From: Takakia lepidozioides
Taxonomy: Eukaryota; Plantae; Bryophyta
Reading direction: 5' to 3'
Assembly: GCA_030704615.1 (NCBI GenBank)
Contig: CM060734.1
Span: 1,550,001 to 1,614,000, forward strand
Length of the DNA: 64,000 bases
Shown: one piece after another, positions 50,901 through 64,000 of the stretch
Layout of the letters: every line of letters begins with the position of its first letter
How positions within the stretch are numbered: the first letter of the stretch is position 1
Position numbers and translations under genes: made by a program
Notes under the pieces: generated by a model
The model's database searches: none
The model's input: only the letters and a program-made list of their open reading frames with translations
Told to the model about the DNA's origin: nothing

Positions 50901-51534
50901 ATTTAATTGCGAACTTGCTGTAGTCCAACCCGGCCAGCTCCGAGCGGTGTCCCTCCATGTGAAGCCCTCGCAAAATTTCAAGAATAGATCGAACATGCGG
51001 TGCTCGTGCTGGGAATATGACTCCCTCGTCCACTGACGTCCATTGAGGACTTGCCTGATCTCCAGGACGACCTCGGAATTCCATGACCCTCGTCTGAGTC
51101 GGACAGGTTGTGAACAACCCGGTTCTCGCTCGTCTTCATAGATGGGTTCGGCTCTGGATTTACTTCGTTGCGGACTTCTCTCTTTGAGGTAGCCACTCTC
51201 TGATTTGCGGATTGTTTCGTGGAAGGCGCCAGGATTAGAAGGTGCATTTGGCGGGCAAATGAAGTCCCCAACAGCCCTGTATATGACGTTGTCCGATGGT
51301 GGAACTCGTCATTCCCTGCCATCATCGCCGAAATCATCGTGGGAGCAAACAATACTCTCGACAACAACGCCGTTTGAAGTCCTTCATTTCCTCCTCCAAA
51401 AAAAACGACCCCGGTTTCAGGTGGTATCGAACGCACAGATATTTCTCCATCCGGCAGATGTCCCCTCTGCACAGAAATGAAGCTCTATGCTCGTGAGGAG
51501 GGCAGTACACTGTAGCGCTCGGGTTTTCCGCCAT
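47951..51534 (-). pseudogene. MULE transposase copy with many frameshifts
   Basis: Same peptides as 13157-16748, split over many frames. Confidence 0.92.
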
Positions 51535-51839
51535 GGGAGATGTGCACACAAGAACTCCCAAGATGGCGTGCGGGCAAGCTCCCTGGTAGAAGGGGGATTG
51601 CAGCGATGGGAAGGAATGCGGTGCCGATTTGTCCGAGCGACGAAGCCTGATCCAAATCCAGGGAAGCCAACTATCTCAAAAATCCACAGTCAGAGTGTTA
51701 ATGAACCTTGTCTCAGGAATGCGGCCCTGGTCTTTGCGCAATAACTGCCAACGGTATGCAGTCAGAAAAGTTGGGGGGCCGTCCGGATGATGCGGCGTGA
51801 AGGGGAGAAGCCGGCACCGTGCCGTCACATTACTACCCC

Positions 51840-53330
51840 CGGATGAAAAATTCGGCACCGAATATCCAGCAGGGGCGCACGATGAAGTCGCCTCGGGCAG
51901 AGAGGCCGGAACCTGCCCGAACAGAGAACAACCCCCGAATGGAAATTCAGCGCCGAATTTCCATTCGGATCCCCCAAAGGAAGTCGTGTCGGGGGGTAGG
52001 CCGAAAACTGGGCCGACATAAAAACCTCCCGGATGGAAAAACGGTGCCGAATTTCCATCCGAGGCCGTTCGGATGCAGTCGGCTCGGGGAAGGGAAAGGC
52101 CGCCACCTGGCCCTCACATTACAACCCCGGACGGAAATTCGGCACCGAATATCCAACAGGGGAAGCCCGAGAAGTGCCTCGGGCGTAGAGGCCGGGCGAG
52201 TGTTCGATAGAGAGCATCCCCTGGACTGGAGATTCGGCGCCGAATTCCATCCAGGCCCCCCAAACGAAGTCATGTTGGGGGGGGCAGGCCGAAAAACTGG
52301 CCGACATATAAACCTCTCCAGATGGGAAAACGGCGCCGAATTTTCCATCCGGGACGTTGGATGCAGTCGGGGCGGGGGGCAGAGAGGCCGGCACCTGGCG
52401 TCACATTTCAACCCCCGGACGGAAATTCGGCAACCGAAATCCAACAGGGGACGCCCGGACGAAAGTCGCCTCGGGCGGAGGGGATGGAAAACCGGCGCCG
52501 AATTTCCATTCGGCATGTAATTGCAATCGCGGCCAGATGGAATTTCGGCAACGAATTTCCATATAAGAACTAAGCGGGATGGAAAAGAAGCAAGGAATTT
52601 CTCTCTAGCAGTCGAGAATTCCCTGAAAAAGTGTCTAAAAGTGGACTTCAGCCACAAAACTAAAGGTTTAGTGTCTTTTTAGACCAAAAAACCAAGCGGC
52701 CACACTCAGAATTACCTGCAGGATGGTAATTCGGCGCCGAATTTCCATCCGGCCGCGCTCCGAATTACCTGCATGACGGAAATTCGGCGCCGGATTTCCA
52801 TCCATCTGCGCTCCGAATTACCTGCAGGATGGAAATTCGGCGCTTCGACTTACCTGGTGGACAGAACTTCAGCGCCGGATTTCCATCCATCCGCGCTCCG
52901 AGTTACCTGCAGGATGGAAATTCGGCGCCGGATTTCCATCCATCCGCTCTCCGAATTACCTGCATGACGGAAATTCAGCGCTCCGACTTACCTGGCAGAT
53001 GGAAATTCGGCGCCGGATTTCCATCCATCCGCTCTCCGAATTGCCTACATGATGGAAATTCGGCGCTCCGAGTTACCTGCAGGATGAAATTCGGCGCCGG
53101 ATTTCCATCCATCCGCGCTCCGAATTACCTGCATGATGGAAATTCGGCGCTGGATTTCCATCCATCCGCTCTCCGAATTGTCTGCGTGATGGAAATTCGG
53201 CGCTCCGAGTTACCTGCAGGATGGAAATTCGGCGCCGGATTTCCATCCATCCGCGCTCCGACTTACCTAACGGATGGAAAATTCGACGCCGAATTTCCAT
53301 CCTGCAGGTAACTCGGAGCGCCGAATTTCT
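51840..53330. repeat. GGAAATTCGGCGCCG palindrome array of copy 2
   Basis: More than 25 copies; joins directly to the TIR at ~53330. Confidence 0.9.
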
Positions 53331-53416
53331 AACCCTATTTCCGTGGACACACAATGGCCCGCTCATGGTTTTTTTTTTCCACTCATGCTCATGCCGCTCA
53401 TGAAATAGCAGCCCCC

Positions 53417-53606
53417 AGTAAAAGCGGTAATATGTTGATATGAAGGCAAGAAGGAATACAAACAAGAAGCACTACCATGATACACCAGATGTAGGTCATG
53501 ACTGATTGTTCTGAGCGGGCTGAGTGCTTAGAGATATCCAACTTTTCTATTTTGGAGTTCCCTCCTCGGATAGCGAAGGGATGGGTGAGTAAAAGCCGCT
53601 CGACAA
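53417..53606 (+). repeat. 3' part of an LTR of the family at 57446-58070
   Basis: CCATGATACAC..GTAGGTCATGACTGATTGTTCTG..GGATGGGTGAGTAAAAGCCGC..GACA matches 57943-58070; no PBS follows. Confidence 0.85.
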
Positions 53607-53999
53607 CGCTCTTTGATCACGTGGACTTTATCATGATGGATTTACCGAGCATTCTTCTAGCATGAATGGTTTGGAGACCAACGAGCAAATGATGCGAGAA
53701 TGCTCTAGGTACCCAAACCAAAGACGTTTGTTTGTTTTTGCAATGCACACAAGCCTGTGAGCTCCGCAAAACACTAAATAGATTGAAGGAACAATCCGGG
53801 CTGTCCATGCAACCCCCATCTCCAACGATAGTTTGTTCCCATGAATTTGCATCCCACGCACACATTGCAAACAGGACAACAAGGACACACAACCATCCCA
53901 TTTCAAAATTGGCCCCGATTGAAAGCAAAAGAAAAACTTCATATCAAGTGTCACAGTCATCAGAATCAGTATCAACCTCCTATGCTATGTCATCCACAA

Positions 54000-56900
54000 A
54001 GATTCCGCCCCCAACACCACGTCTTATACCACGGCCGTCGATGGTTGGACTACAAGTGCCACGAATGGACATGCTTGCTGCGAGTGCCTCCGCATAGACA
54101 AGTAGCACGTAAGACTGAGGAGGACTTGAAAGAAGTCAAAAAGGTGTGATAGCCCTGGAGGGTCAGAGGAAGCACGCGGACTCCTGCACAAGTGGACAAA
54201 AACCCATTTTGAACATAATGATGCAATGCACAAGTCCAACGAAGAGGATGTCTCCCATGTGCACTTTGCCTTAAGAACAGTGATTCTGGGTATTGAAACA
54301 ACAATGCAAGCATCCACAGGTTGAACTTACTCACAGGCAAGTCGTCATCCAGCTCCTTGTCGGAAGTCTCCCCTGTATCAAGATCACCGGAAGGGGCTTC
54401 GGAATGACTTGAGAAGTGTGTCCACCCAAACCCATCAGGAGGTTCTTGAAATTCTCAGCATCCCCTTCAATCCAAGAGATGTCGCACACTGGCCTTGCAA
54501 GCGTGGTATGAAGCACCTGCAGTGGAATAGAATGAAAGAAACAGACATTGAAGACACATTTGGAGCAGTGGGAAGTGCTGAAAGTGCAAGCTCAAACAAA
54601 CCTCATGAAATGTGAATGTTGAAGAGACGAATTTGTGCCCATTGACAAATCCAGAACTCTGGCACTGTGTAGGTGCAGCACTCCACAATCGTTTGAATGA
54701 AAGCCAGGCTCCTCTCCCTGGCCCCTCTCCAAGGAACCCCATTCCCCCTTCGCAAGCACACTTTGTTGTCCACGTAGTTGTGGTGCATGTCATCCGTGGG
54801 AGGATCTGTCCTCTCGACTTGCCCCCATGAGTGATGGCGAACTCCCTAATGACGGTTGGAGTCGTAGGTGGATGCACTCGGACGAGACAAACAATTCAAA
54901 ACAAACGAGTCTGCGAACAAGACATCCACAAGGAACTAAGAAGCTTGAAAACCAGGCCCCTACATATTCATTTGAGCGACTTATGCAACTCCACCCGAGA
55001 ACCACCAAGAAGAGGAATAAGAAAGCCGATTTACCATCTCTCCCGGACGATCCCCCTTCGTCAGGTACATGCTGTTCACACAATTCCATGTCTTCAGGAC
55101 CCTCATACCGGAGGCTTTCAAATAGCTGGCAAGTGCACGGCGATAGCAAAGGTCGATGGACTGGATGAGCACCAAAACACCTGCATCGGACAGAAAGAAA
55201 TTGCAAAGGAGAAAACCCACCGCCAGTAGCGCTCATCAAAAGCATTCCAACCTGGACAAGCACCCGATGGAGGGACATCCGGACTGGCAACCCATCAGGG
55301 ACAGATGATGAGTTCGGCTGCATATGGCATTTTTCCCCTCCTTTGATGAAGCTCAAGAGGATTGAAACGATCCATGCCCACAACAGACAGGAAGCAAAAG
55401 ACAACACGCACCGTGCCGAGGAACTCCACAATCCTCTCCCACATTGGTGATGGCTCGCCCTTGTAATCAGATTCTTGGACTCCATCATGGCAAGGAACCC
55501 GACATTGGCCATCTCCAACCTGGTAGGACGAATGACCCTCGTGGGATGCTCCACTGCATGGTACGGGTCCTTGGGATCAACCACCCCCTTGTTCTTTCTC
55601 CCGGATCCCCTACCATGCGGTGGAGTCTGCAGGACATCCACCACAGGGCCAGTATCTGCAACACTTCCCTGCCCACCTACCTGCCCTTGTGCCCCCTACC
55701 CCTTCCTTTCCCCACACCACCAGCAACATCCTTTCCCTTTGCCTTTCTACCTCTACCCGGGGTATCCTGAGCGGGAGGCTCCTTCTCTGCAAGAGTCCTC
55801 AAATTTCTATCATGAATGTCGAGGTCGGCTGCGGCGGTGGCTGCTATACGCTCATTCTCTCTCCTCAAAGACACCTCCTGAGCTGGGGTCTCAGAAACAG
55901 GGCAATCCAATACCAACCACAAGCCGAAAGATGGTCAGGGCCCCAGTCATGCAAGATCCCCGTTGTAAACATGGTCTGGTTGCCAGCAGGGACAAGCCAA
56001 AGGTCCACGAAATCAGGATGTTTGTCCAAGCAGTTCTCTGCCATGAGAACATACTTTATGTACCTGCAGGAACAGAGACAGCCTCATTATGCAATGCAAT
56101 TATTGTCTCCCAGCTTTTCCACCACATCACGAAGACCCCCTAAAAGAGTATGCGGCACAGTACACTGCAACCACCGCACACAAAATAGCCTGAAGGGCCC
56201 AGGGTATGCACGTTGGTGGTACTACACACGGATAGAACAAATGAGTGTGCGGCACCACAAACTCATATGAGCCAGCCCAAAACAGGTTGGATGGAGGATT
56301 TGCAATACAAGAAGCACAGTCCATTTCGCACCTGTAAAGGCCTCGTTTCCAGGCTTCCTCTCTTTTCTCTTGCTGGTCAAGCTCATTTGTTCGACTGATG
56401 CCACCCTCCTTGCTGAACTCTCTAAAGAAACAAGATTGCCACATTGTGGCTCTCCATTTCCTCATGTATGCTTGGAAGGAGACCTTTGGTGTTGTCATGG
56501 TGATCCCATAGTCAGCCAGCTGCGTATGTAGAACCGACCGGGCCCTTTCCTCCAACTGCAAAACAATTTGAATTCAAGAATGAACCCAAAAACAATCACA
56601 GCCAATGTAACATGGAAAGAGAATGACAGAAAAAACGAAAAGAAAGTGACACAGTAAAGGACATCATACCTGGCTCCAGTAAGTGACCTTGTGAAGCCAT
56701 GTGTCCAGCACATTGTCACTGACAGGAATGACACGCTGGGTCTTCTTCTCTTTCTCCGGCCTGGGGAACATGTGGGTATCCCTAACAGTGGGATCGGAGT
56801 TCCATATCTGTAGCCACTTCACCTTCTGTTCTGAAGACACAACGGCAATAGACAACCTGTGTAACTTCTCCTGGGCCATCTCCGGCTTGCCTGGCTTGTT

Positions 56901-57105
56901 GTAATGGGTTTTCACCTCTTGAAGAAACTGCGGTCCGAATGATGGGTCAGCAATTCTCAACTGCTTAACAAAAGCACTCATAATAGTCCTTCTTGTGGCC
57001 GTCATCTCTTTTTGGATGTGACTCTCAACCCCCTTTGTTGTCCTTCTCTCCTCAGGGGTAGTGTTAGAGGACGGTAGGGGACTTAAACACTTATACGGGA
57101 TCTGT
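54000..57105 (-). pseudogene. Third, more distant relic of the ParB-MTase gene (central domain + MTase)
   Basis: IADPSFG..EKLHRL..WLQIWN..WSQ, FFREF..GLYR|YIKY (same intron position), PDG..WNAF..YW, PWRGARERSLAFIQTIVECC, GASYHACKAS. Confidence 0.8.
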
Positions 57106-57184
57106 AGGGTACCCTTAATTTTTGCACAGACTGAGACAAACAGGAACCTTAGGGGTGACAGCAGCGCACTGTAGAGGGGGGTTA

Positions 57185-57445
57185 CATAGCCCACACAGCC
57201 GACACAGCAGTCAGCCCACACAGTTGTCACAGCCCACACAGCCGTCACAGCAGACACAGCCCACACAGCCGTCACAGTCGTCACAGCAGCCCACACAGCC
57301 GTCAGTCGTCACAGCCCACACACCCACACAGCCCGTCACAGTCGTCAGCAGACACAGCCACACAGCCCACACAGCCAGTCACAGCCCGCACAGCCACACA
57401 GCCAGTCACACCGACACAGCCACACAGCTCACCGCTTGACACAGC
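57185..57445 (+). repeat. Low-complexity (C)ACAGCC repeat
   Basis: Repeated ACAGCC/CACAG/GTCACAG. Confidence 0.85.
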
Positions 57446-60400
57446 TGTCACGATAATAGGGAACGAAGAGTAGGACAGGGAACGACTGTGGGGAACAACA
57501 CCAGTGAAGGGAACATGTTAGTTCACATACGACGGTTAGAGAGGGGAAACGGTTAGAACCGCGGATAGGAGGATAAAGGAAGAACGGGGAATGATGAAGG
57601 GATCATTATTATCATTATTCGGGGAGGACTTCGGAGTCAGGCGGGAGCGGAAGTCGGTGAGCACGATGAAGGAGGAAAGAGGATTAGTAGATGCTTGTTA
57701 TATGCAAAGCTGTAGTGATATTGTAGAGCAGATTAGAGACATAATGGCTTCGGCCTGATACCTGATAAATCATAATCTGATACTTATACGATACAATCAC
57801 ACTGTGTAGAGAGATCTGAGTGAAGCTGTGGATTGAATGGATGAGTGAAGGAAACCGATAGATTGATGAAGCAAACTGATACTTAATTATCAATGGTAAG
57901 GTAGCTAAGATGAATGCGAAAAGGGAAAAATAGGAAACACCCCCATGATACACTGGCTGTAGGTCATGACTGATTGTTCTGCGCGGGCTGAGTACTTAGA
58001 GATTTCCAACTCTATCTTGGAGTTTCCGCCTCGGATAGCGAAGGGATGGGTGAGTAAAAGCCGCGCGACATTTGGCGACCATACTGGGGACCTGGGACAT
58101 GAACAACCAGATGTGACAGGCATCTGGTGGGATCATGGTGGTTGGACCATTAAAGAATTTGAAGTGAATCAAATTCCCTGTGGAACGAAGGAAGAAAGAT
58201 TGTCCAAACAATTCTTTCAAAGGTTCTTGGAATTGCCAGACGGATGTAAAGAAAATATTCTTAAACGAGTGCATGATGCTGATCCAGAATGGGGTCTGGA
58301 GAAAGGAGTGATAAAGATTTATCAGGTAGCCTGTAGAGGAAGAGCACGTTGGTTACCAACATTAGTTTATGTGATAGCGTTGCTATCCATTAAACGAGTA
58401 GAGTTTGAAGGCTGGGAAGAAAGAAAGGTGAATGTTTATACTCATATGCATGAAGAGCTTGTACTGGTAAAGAATTGGATTCCAAAGGATATTTTGTGGA
58501 TCAAACTCACACCAAGAACAGCTTTTCAGACTTGTTTGCCATATGGTTATATGGTAACGGAGACTTCAAGTATAGCCAAGGGTGCATTGAAGCTTGAAAG
58601 AAATCCACGGCATATACGAGAGATATTACAGAAGAGAGTTTTGGTTATTGCCACATTAAAAGAAATGAAAGACATGGGACATGAGTGATGAAAGAGAAGC
58701 TAGACGACAAGATATTCATCAAAAAGAGAAAGCTATCTGAAAGCTAATTATCCATATCTTTGGGAGAGAGGAATAGACATAGGGAATCATCTGGACCTCT
58801 CACACCATCAAGATCAAAAAGTGCATCACCTATACCGGAAGAACTAGAGTTGGATGCCACTCCTTCTGTTTCTTTGCAAGAAAGATTAAGGGAATTGGTA
58901 CAGGAAGAAGATCAATCACGAGGTGAAATCTGAGGTACATCCTTGGATAAAAGACTTGACAGAAATCTTTGATAAGAGTTGGCATGGAACACCAAAAGCA
59001 GGAACTCCAGTTTCTGAAGCAGAAGATGAAGAAGGAGAGAGGATGTGGCAGAGCCAACGGAGAGTTCAGACTCTCCAACACCATTACAGTTGAGTTACAT
59101 GAGTGAAGAAGAAACCCAAGGGCAGAACTTGGAGGATGAAAACAGAGAGAAGAAATTGAAGAGGAAGAATATGAAGAAGTAGACCCAACAGCTGAGGTTG
59201 AGACTACAACCAGGACATCCCAACCCGTTGGACCTGGATCAAGTGGAGCACTTGGATCACAGGCCAACGAAGGTGTCGGCTCAGGGGGATCAGGCGGGCT
59301 GCCTGGATCTGGCTCTGGGGGACAGGGAGTGTGGGAAGTAGTGCAACTGAAGCTGGGAATACTGTGAATATCGTGGGGCCAGAAGCAGGGAGTGCTCAAG
59401 GGCCACCACTTGGTGGAAGATCCACCACAAAAACAACAGGTCCAGAAGGACCAGCACCAGCAAGGGTGCCAGCACCTGTCAGTGGGCAGAAGGTAGGGCC
59501 ACAGATGGCGTTACAACCAACACGGGCAAAACCACCCTTTCCAATATATTCAGGAAAAGGGGATCCCGATGTACACATTAGCCAATTTGAGCACATGTGT
59601 ATAGTGAACAATGAGAATGGCGATGATGCCAAGATGAGACTGTTTCCTTGTTCACTTATCAAGAAAGCAAGTGAATGGTATGCAAGATTCCCTGATAATC
59701 ATTTCCTAACCTGGAATGGCTTGAATACAGCATTTCGAAATAGGTTCAGGACAAGTAAAACTGAGGATGAAGTGTATGGAAGTTTACAACAGCTGAAGCA
59801 GAAGAAGCATGAAACTGTTGAAGAGTATATGGAGAAGATGGAATTGATGATGAAAAAGCTGGCTGCAGTACCAGCACCCGGTTTTACAGAAGACTTGGTT
59901 TGTGAGTGGACTAAGACCAGAGTTGCAAAGAAAGTGGATATGTTACCCCATAATACAGTGGAGGAGGCATTTGAAACTGCAAACAGAATTGAGCAATTGG
60001 GAATGCTCAGGAGAGAGAAAAAGGAAGATGAGGACTCTGAGGATGAGTCAGATGAAGAAGAAGAGCAAGAACTAAAAAGAAAGAGTAAGAGAAAGGAAAA
60101 GTTGAAGAGGGATAACTATGAGAAAAGATTGGAAGAAATCTTGAAGAAGTATGCCACAGAGGCTGCAACACATTGGAGGAAGGGTGTATGGTGTGCAAAG
60201 TGCCAGAATGAAGGCCATACCACCAGAATGCCACATGAAGGAGAAACACTGTACTATCTGTAAAATGGATAACCATTCTACTGAGAATTGTTACTACAAC
60301 AGAAGGACAGCTGCAAGAGAACCTAGGCAAGTAAGGGTGCATCAGGTGCAGCCCCAGCCAAGAAGAAAAAATGATCAGGACCACTATGGTAGGTCTGGTG

Positions 60401-62250
60401 GTTATAACAATGGCATGGAAGGGAGAGGTAATTCAAGAGGGAATTACCAAGGAAATTCCAGAGGCAACTATCAGGGTAATCCAAGGGGGAATTACCAGCC
60501 CGGGAATCAGGATTATAGAAATAATCCAAGAACAGACCAAGGGCGAGGACCCAATGGTGAAGAGCTATGTTACTATTGTAATCAGCCAGGACATCGCAAG
60601 GCAGCCTGTTCATTCTGGATAAGACACCAGAATGAGATGAGAGCTCCTGTGAATGAGGGCCCAGTGGTGGCAGCTCACATGGTTAGGCCATGTGTTGTAC
60701 CAGAAGTAAGTACAATGATAGTAACAAGAAGTAAAGCCAAACTAATACCTCCAGTAGAAGAGGAAGAAGATGAGACTGGAAGTGGCAATGATATGCCTGA
60801 AGATGAAGAGACTTGGAAAGATGAGAAGGAACTGCACAAGGAAGTGGCAGATACTATAAGGGAAATGCAAAAGAGTACTGATATTCCTGTGGCAGATTCC
60901 TCTGATTCGGATGGAGAAAAAAGAGGGGAGTGAGGAAGAAAGGAAAAAAGAAGATGCAGACATGCAAAGTAATGAAGAGACTTTGGCTGAAGTAATATGT
61001 CAGACCAAAGCAGAAATTACCATTGGACAGCTATTAGCTGTGGCACCTTATTGTAGGCACAGGCTGTATCAGCAATCAATCGAATTGCCCAAGAGACAGG
61101 AAACACAGACCTGAACAGCAAGGTGACCAGTTATAATGTGAAGCCGGAAGGGCGAGAACCAGTCATGGACTTTGATGATTCTATGCCAGTAATCCAATTG
61201 AGAATTGGAAGCACAGAACTAACTGATGTACTGATAGATGGTGGTTCTGGAGTAAATATCATGACAGACCAATTAAGGAAGAAGCTTGGTCTAAGTAACA
61301 TGAAACCAGCCCCATTTACAGTAACAATGGCAGATCAAAGAAGTGTACAGCCATTGGGATTAATAAGAGGAGTTAAGATACAGATACAGAAAATGATCTT
61401 TATGATCACAGTAACTGTATTAAAAATGGATGAAGTCATGGAGGCTTACTCCTTATTATTGGGACGTCCGTGGCTGAAACAGGCCAGGGTATTCCATGAC
61501 TGGAATTCTCAGTTACTAACTGTGCATAATGGGATGCACGAGATACAAATTACCACAAAGAAATCTAGTAGATTACCTGCTACAAGAAGACCTCGAGGAG
61601 TCAGAGAGTATGACTGGAGGGGAGGACTGGATGAGGAGCAGGAAGCTACCCTATTTGCTGCACACCCAGAGTGGGAGCAGGTTGCAGAGATGCGGCTGGA
61701 AAGCCTAAGTTGTTTGAGAGGTATCTGCTGTGGTGTAGTGACAGCAACACCAATTGAAGAGGAAACCAGTTACCCACCACATTTCTATGAAGAAAAGGAG
61801 GGAGAATAGAAATCCTAGAAGAACCAGCCTGTGAGCTTAAAGGATGAAGTGGTGACTGGTTGGACAATCACAGCTGATGAGCAGGTGAGAGAAGTAAATG
61901 TGGGAACTCAGGAGGAACCGAGGATGGTGAAAGTAGGAGCTGATTTGGAGCCGAATTCTTCGAAGAAGCTAAAAGCTTGTTCATCAAATACAGAGATGTA
62001 TTTGCTTGGAGCTATGAGGATCTAAAAGGGATACCACCTGAAGTCTGTCAGCATAAAATTGAACTGGAACCAGGGTCAGTACCAATCAAGCAGGCGAGGT
62101 ATAGAATGAATCCCAACTACGCACAGAAGGTTGGAGAAGAGATAAAGAAGTTGGCTGAGGCTAAGTTTATATACCAATAGAGTATACAACTTGGTTGTCA
62201 CCCATTGTTATAGTTCCAAGAAGAATTAAGAGTATGTGTGAGAAGCTGAA
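57446..62250 (+). mobile_element. Non-chromoviral gypsy retrotransposon, 5' half (LTR, extra ORF, gag, protease, RT start)
   Basis: LTR 57446-58070 (TGTCACG..CGCGACA); PBS TGGCGACCATACTGGGGA at 58073; gag 59331-60933 with three CCHC-like knuckles; protease LIDGGSGVNIM; RT start VFAWSYEDLKG; truncated at ~62250. Confidence 0.9.
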
Positions 62251-62252
62251 TG

Positions 62253-62385
62253 ATTTCATGAGCCATGAGCCATGAGCGGCATGAGCCATGAGCAGAGTCG
62301 TAAGTGTGGAAAAAAACATGAGCAGCACTATTTTCCGGAAATGAGTGTCCGCGGGAATAGGGTTTAGGGTGCCACGGTCATAGGG
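62253..62385 (+). repeat. Partial TIR of a third, related MULE
   Basis: ATTTCATGAGCCATGAGCCATGAGCGGCATGAG..AAAAAAACATGAGCAG..GTCCGCGGGAATAGGGTT parallels 4233-4310; the outer ~10 bp are missing. Confidence 0.75.
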
Positions 62386-62705
62386 GGAGAAGGACCTCCC
62401 GATGAAGGAGGTTCGGCAATGTTATTTAGAATTATATATTGAAAGGCAATGTTTCGCGAATGGTAGGGTGGTACTGCTCTGTACAATGGGGGCCCATTTC
62501 AGCCTACCAGCCATTTGCAAAATTCACCCACACTCCCAATCCCAAACGAAATGAGCAATGACGCATTCTCGGAACAATGGACACAGAATAGAATAAAAAG
62601 AGGGCACAATGAGGTTTTTATTGATCCACATGAATTGCATTTGAAGCACGTCTACTGTGCTGATTGTGCCCTCAAATCTTGAGCCCTGTGCCTACTGAAT
62701 ACAAG

Positions 62706-63743
62706 TCACGTTGTCAATGGGACTTCGACTGCTCTCAGAACTAGCTCATGAGTCCTGGGGCTCCTCCATGTAAAGTCGATTGCAGCCGTTGTACCGCCCC
62801 TAGTGATGTTCACCACAATGTCCTGCCCTTCAATCATACCACCATCGAATATGGAAATCTTCACGTTTTCGACGTCGTCCACACCAATGCGAATGTCCCC
62901 ATACAATGGAGAAGAGGAGCGCACTCCTCGAGGAGAATAGGTCTCTCCGATGGAGTCCACCCACGTCCAGTGGCAGCAGTTCCACCGCAACAGCATAGCA
63001 GTGCGCCTTCTTCTGCATGGGTGACCGTCGTAGCTGGGAAAATCGGAATCGAGGATGCGCAGGAGCCACGGACTCCTCAAACCAAGATCGTCACCCCGCT
63101 CGAAGGCGTAGTGGCCTACGATATACTCCAAAAGCCACCAATGTTTCCAACAATCGAACCAGTATCTTCTGTGTAATCTGTGTACCAGATAACAATGTCT
63201 CCCGATGTGGCCGAATACATTGCATAATCGATGCCTCCAAAAGGGGCAGTCGTCCCGGTTCCGGAAGCACGGCATCCTTGCAAAGGAGGACCTGAGGACG
63301 ACTTGGATGCCGATGACCTTGCGGACAGCTACGAAGCCCTTAGATTTTGGAAAAGATACGAAGCGGAAGAGCAGTCCGGCCTCCAAAATGGAGCATTGGG
63401 TCACACGTACCACCGACGGAGGTGGAACGTGTTCATCACGCCAGCGGTGGATGAAGCCATACATCTTTCTCATCAACAAGTTATAGTTTGAGATCTGCCA
63501 CCGAAGTCCATCCCCCGGATGGAAATTCGGCGCCGCATTTACATCGAAGAGGGGATGGACTTCGTCGTGTCCAGTGGCTATCGGCCACCTGGCAGGTGCC
63601 CTGGAATGTACCTCACTTTCTGTATGACTGTGTTTCAATGGTTGAATAACTCTCGGATTTGGCCCACTGTTTACAATTTGATGTCTCATTTCTACAATTT
63701 GTCTGTCTGGTTGAATAAGCAGAGTAACCGGTATGTGAGTCAT
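62706..63743 (-). CDS. Unknown 345-aa ORF inside the third MULE-like end
   Basis: Uninterrupted ORF with protein-like composition; contains one family palindrome at ~63518; no recognisable domain. Confidence 0.4.
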   Translation of the reverse strand: MTHIPVTLLIQPDRQIVEMRHQIVNSGPNPRVIQPLKHSHTESEVHSRAPARWPIATGHDEVHPLFDVNAAPNFHPGDGLRWQISNYNLLMRKMYGFIHRWRDEHVPPPSVVRVTQCSILEAGLLFRFVSFPKSKGFVAVRKVIGIQVVLRSSFARMPCFRNRDDCPFWRHRLCNVFGHIGRHCYLVHRLHRRYWFDCWKHWWLLEYIVGHYAFERGDDLGLRSPWLLRILDSDFPSYDGHPCRRRRTAMLLRWNCCHWTWVDSIGETYSPRGVRSSSPLYGDIRIGVDDVENVKISIFDGGMIEGQDIVVNITRGGTTAAIDFTWRSPRTHELVLRAVEVPLTT

Positions 63744-64000
63744 GTGTCAAGAATATACCAGAGTAACGCCATGTCGGACATTGAAATGCGGGTTTCCATG
63801 TCGGCATCGAAATGCGGTGTCGGGATCGAATGCCCATTTCCATGTCCGCATCGAAATGCGGCACATGTTTTTATCGGGCATTTCCATGTGGGACAAGAAA
63901 ATGCGGTGCATCATTTCCGTCCAGGTACACGAAATACCAACACGGGTCTATAAATTGATCAGAAAACGAGGTTGGCATTGCAAATGCGGCGACGCATTTC

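Larger units (their letters stand above)
47279..53416 (-). mobile_element. Second MULE copy, internally deleted (lacks the ParB-MTase gene)
   Basis: Both TIRs present (GAGGTTAGCTATTTCATGAGC at 47279; ..GAAATAGCAGCCCCC at 53416); high similarity to 12.2-17.5 kb; flanks do not form a TSD. Confidence 0.9.

Overview
A repeat-dense, intron-containing land-plant genomic window: it has a subfamily XII bHLH gene, PLS-type PPR fragments and Ty3/gypsy elements. A non-seed plant is plausible but unproven. The central feature is a 13.3-kb Mutator-like DNA transposon (4223-17497) with short TIRs and a perfect 9-bp TSD (GGTGGTACG). It carries two divergently oriented spliced genes. One is a GCM-like/DDE/SWIM transposase (+). 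The other is a multi-exon gene (-) that joins an N-terminal ParB/Srx-like domain to a prokaryote-type beta-class amino (N6A/N4C) DNA methyltransferase-like domain. The element contains dozens of copies of the palindrome GGAAATTCGGCGCCGAATTTCC. It inserted right next to the ParB motif of a paralogous gene, which is itself flanked by arrays of a different palindrome (GTAGTCG-N4-CGACTAC). The window also holds two more diverged relics of the MTase gene (43.5-45.2 kb, 54-57 kb), an internally deleted second copy of the transposon (47279-53416) and a third partial TIR (62.25 kb). The rest is nested or truncated LTR retrotransposons, a LINE fragment, a pogo fragment, other palindrome arrays and host gene fragments. 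All domain calls were made by eye from motifs; no database searches were run.
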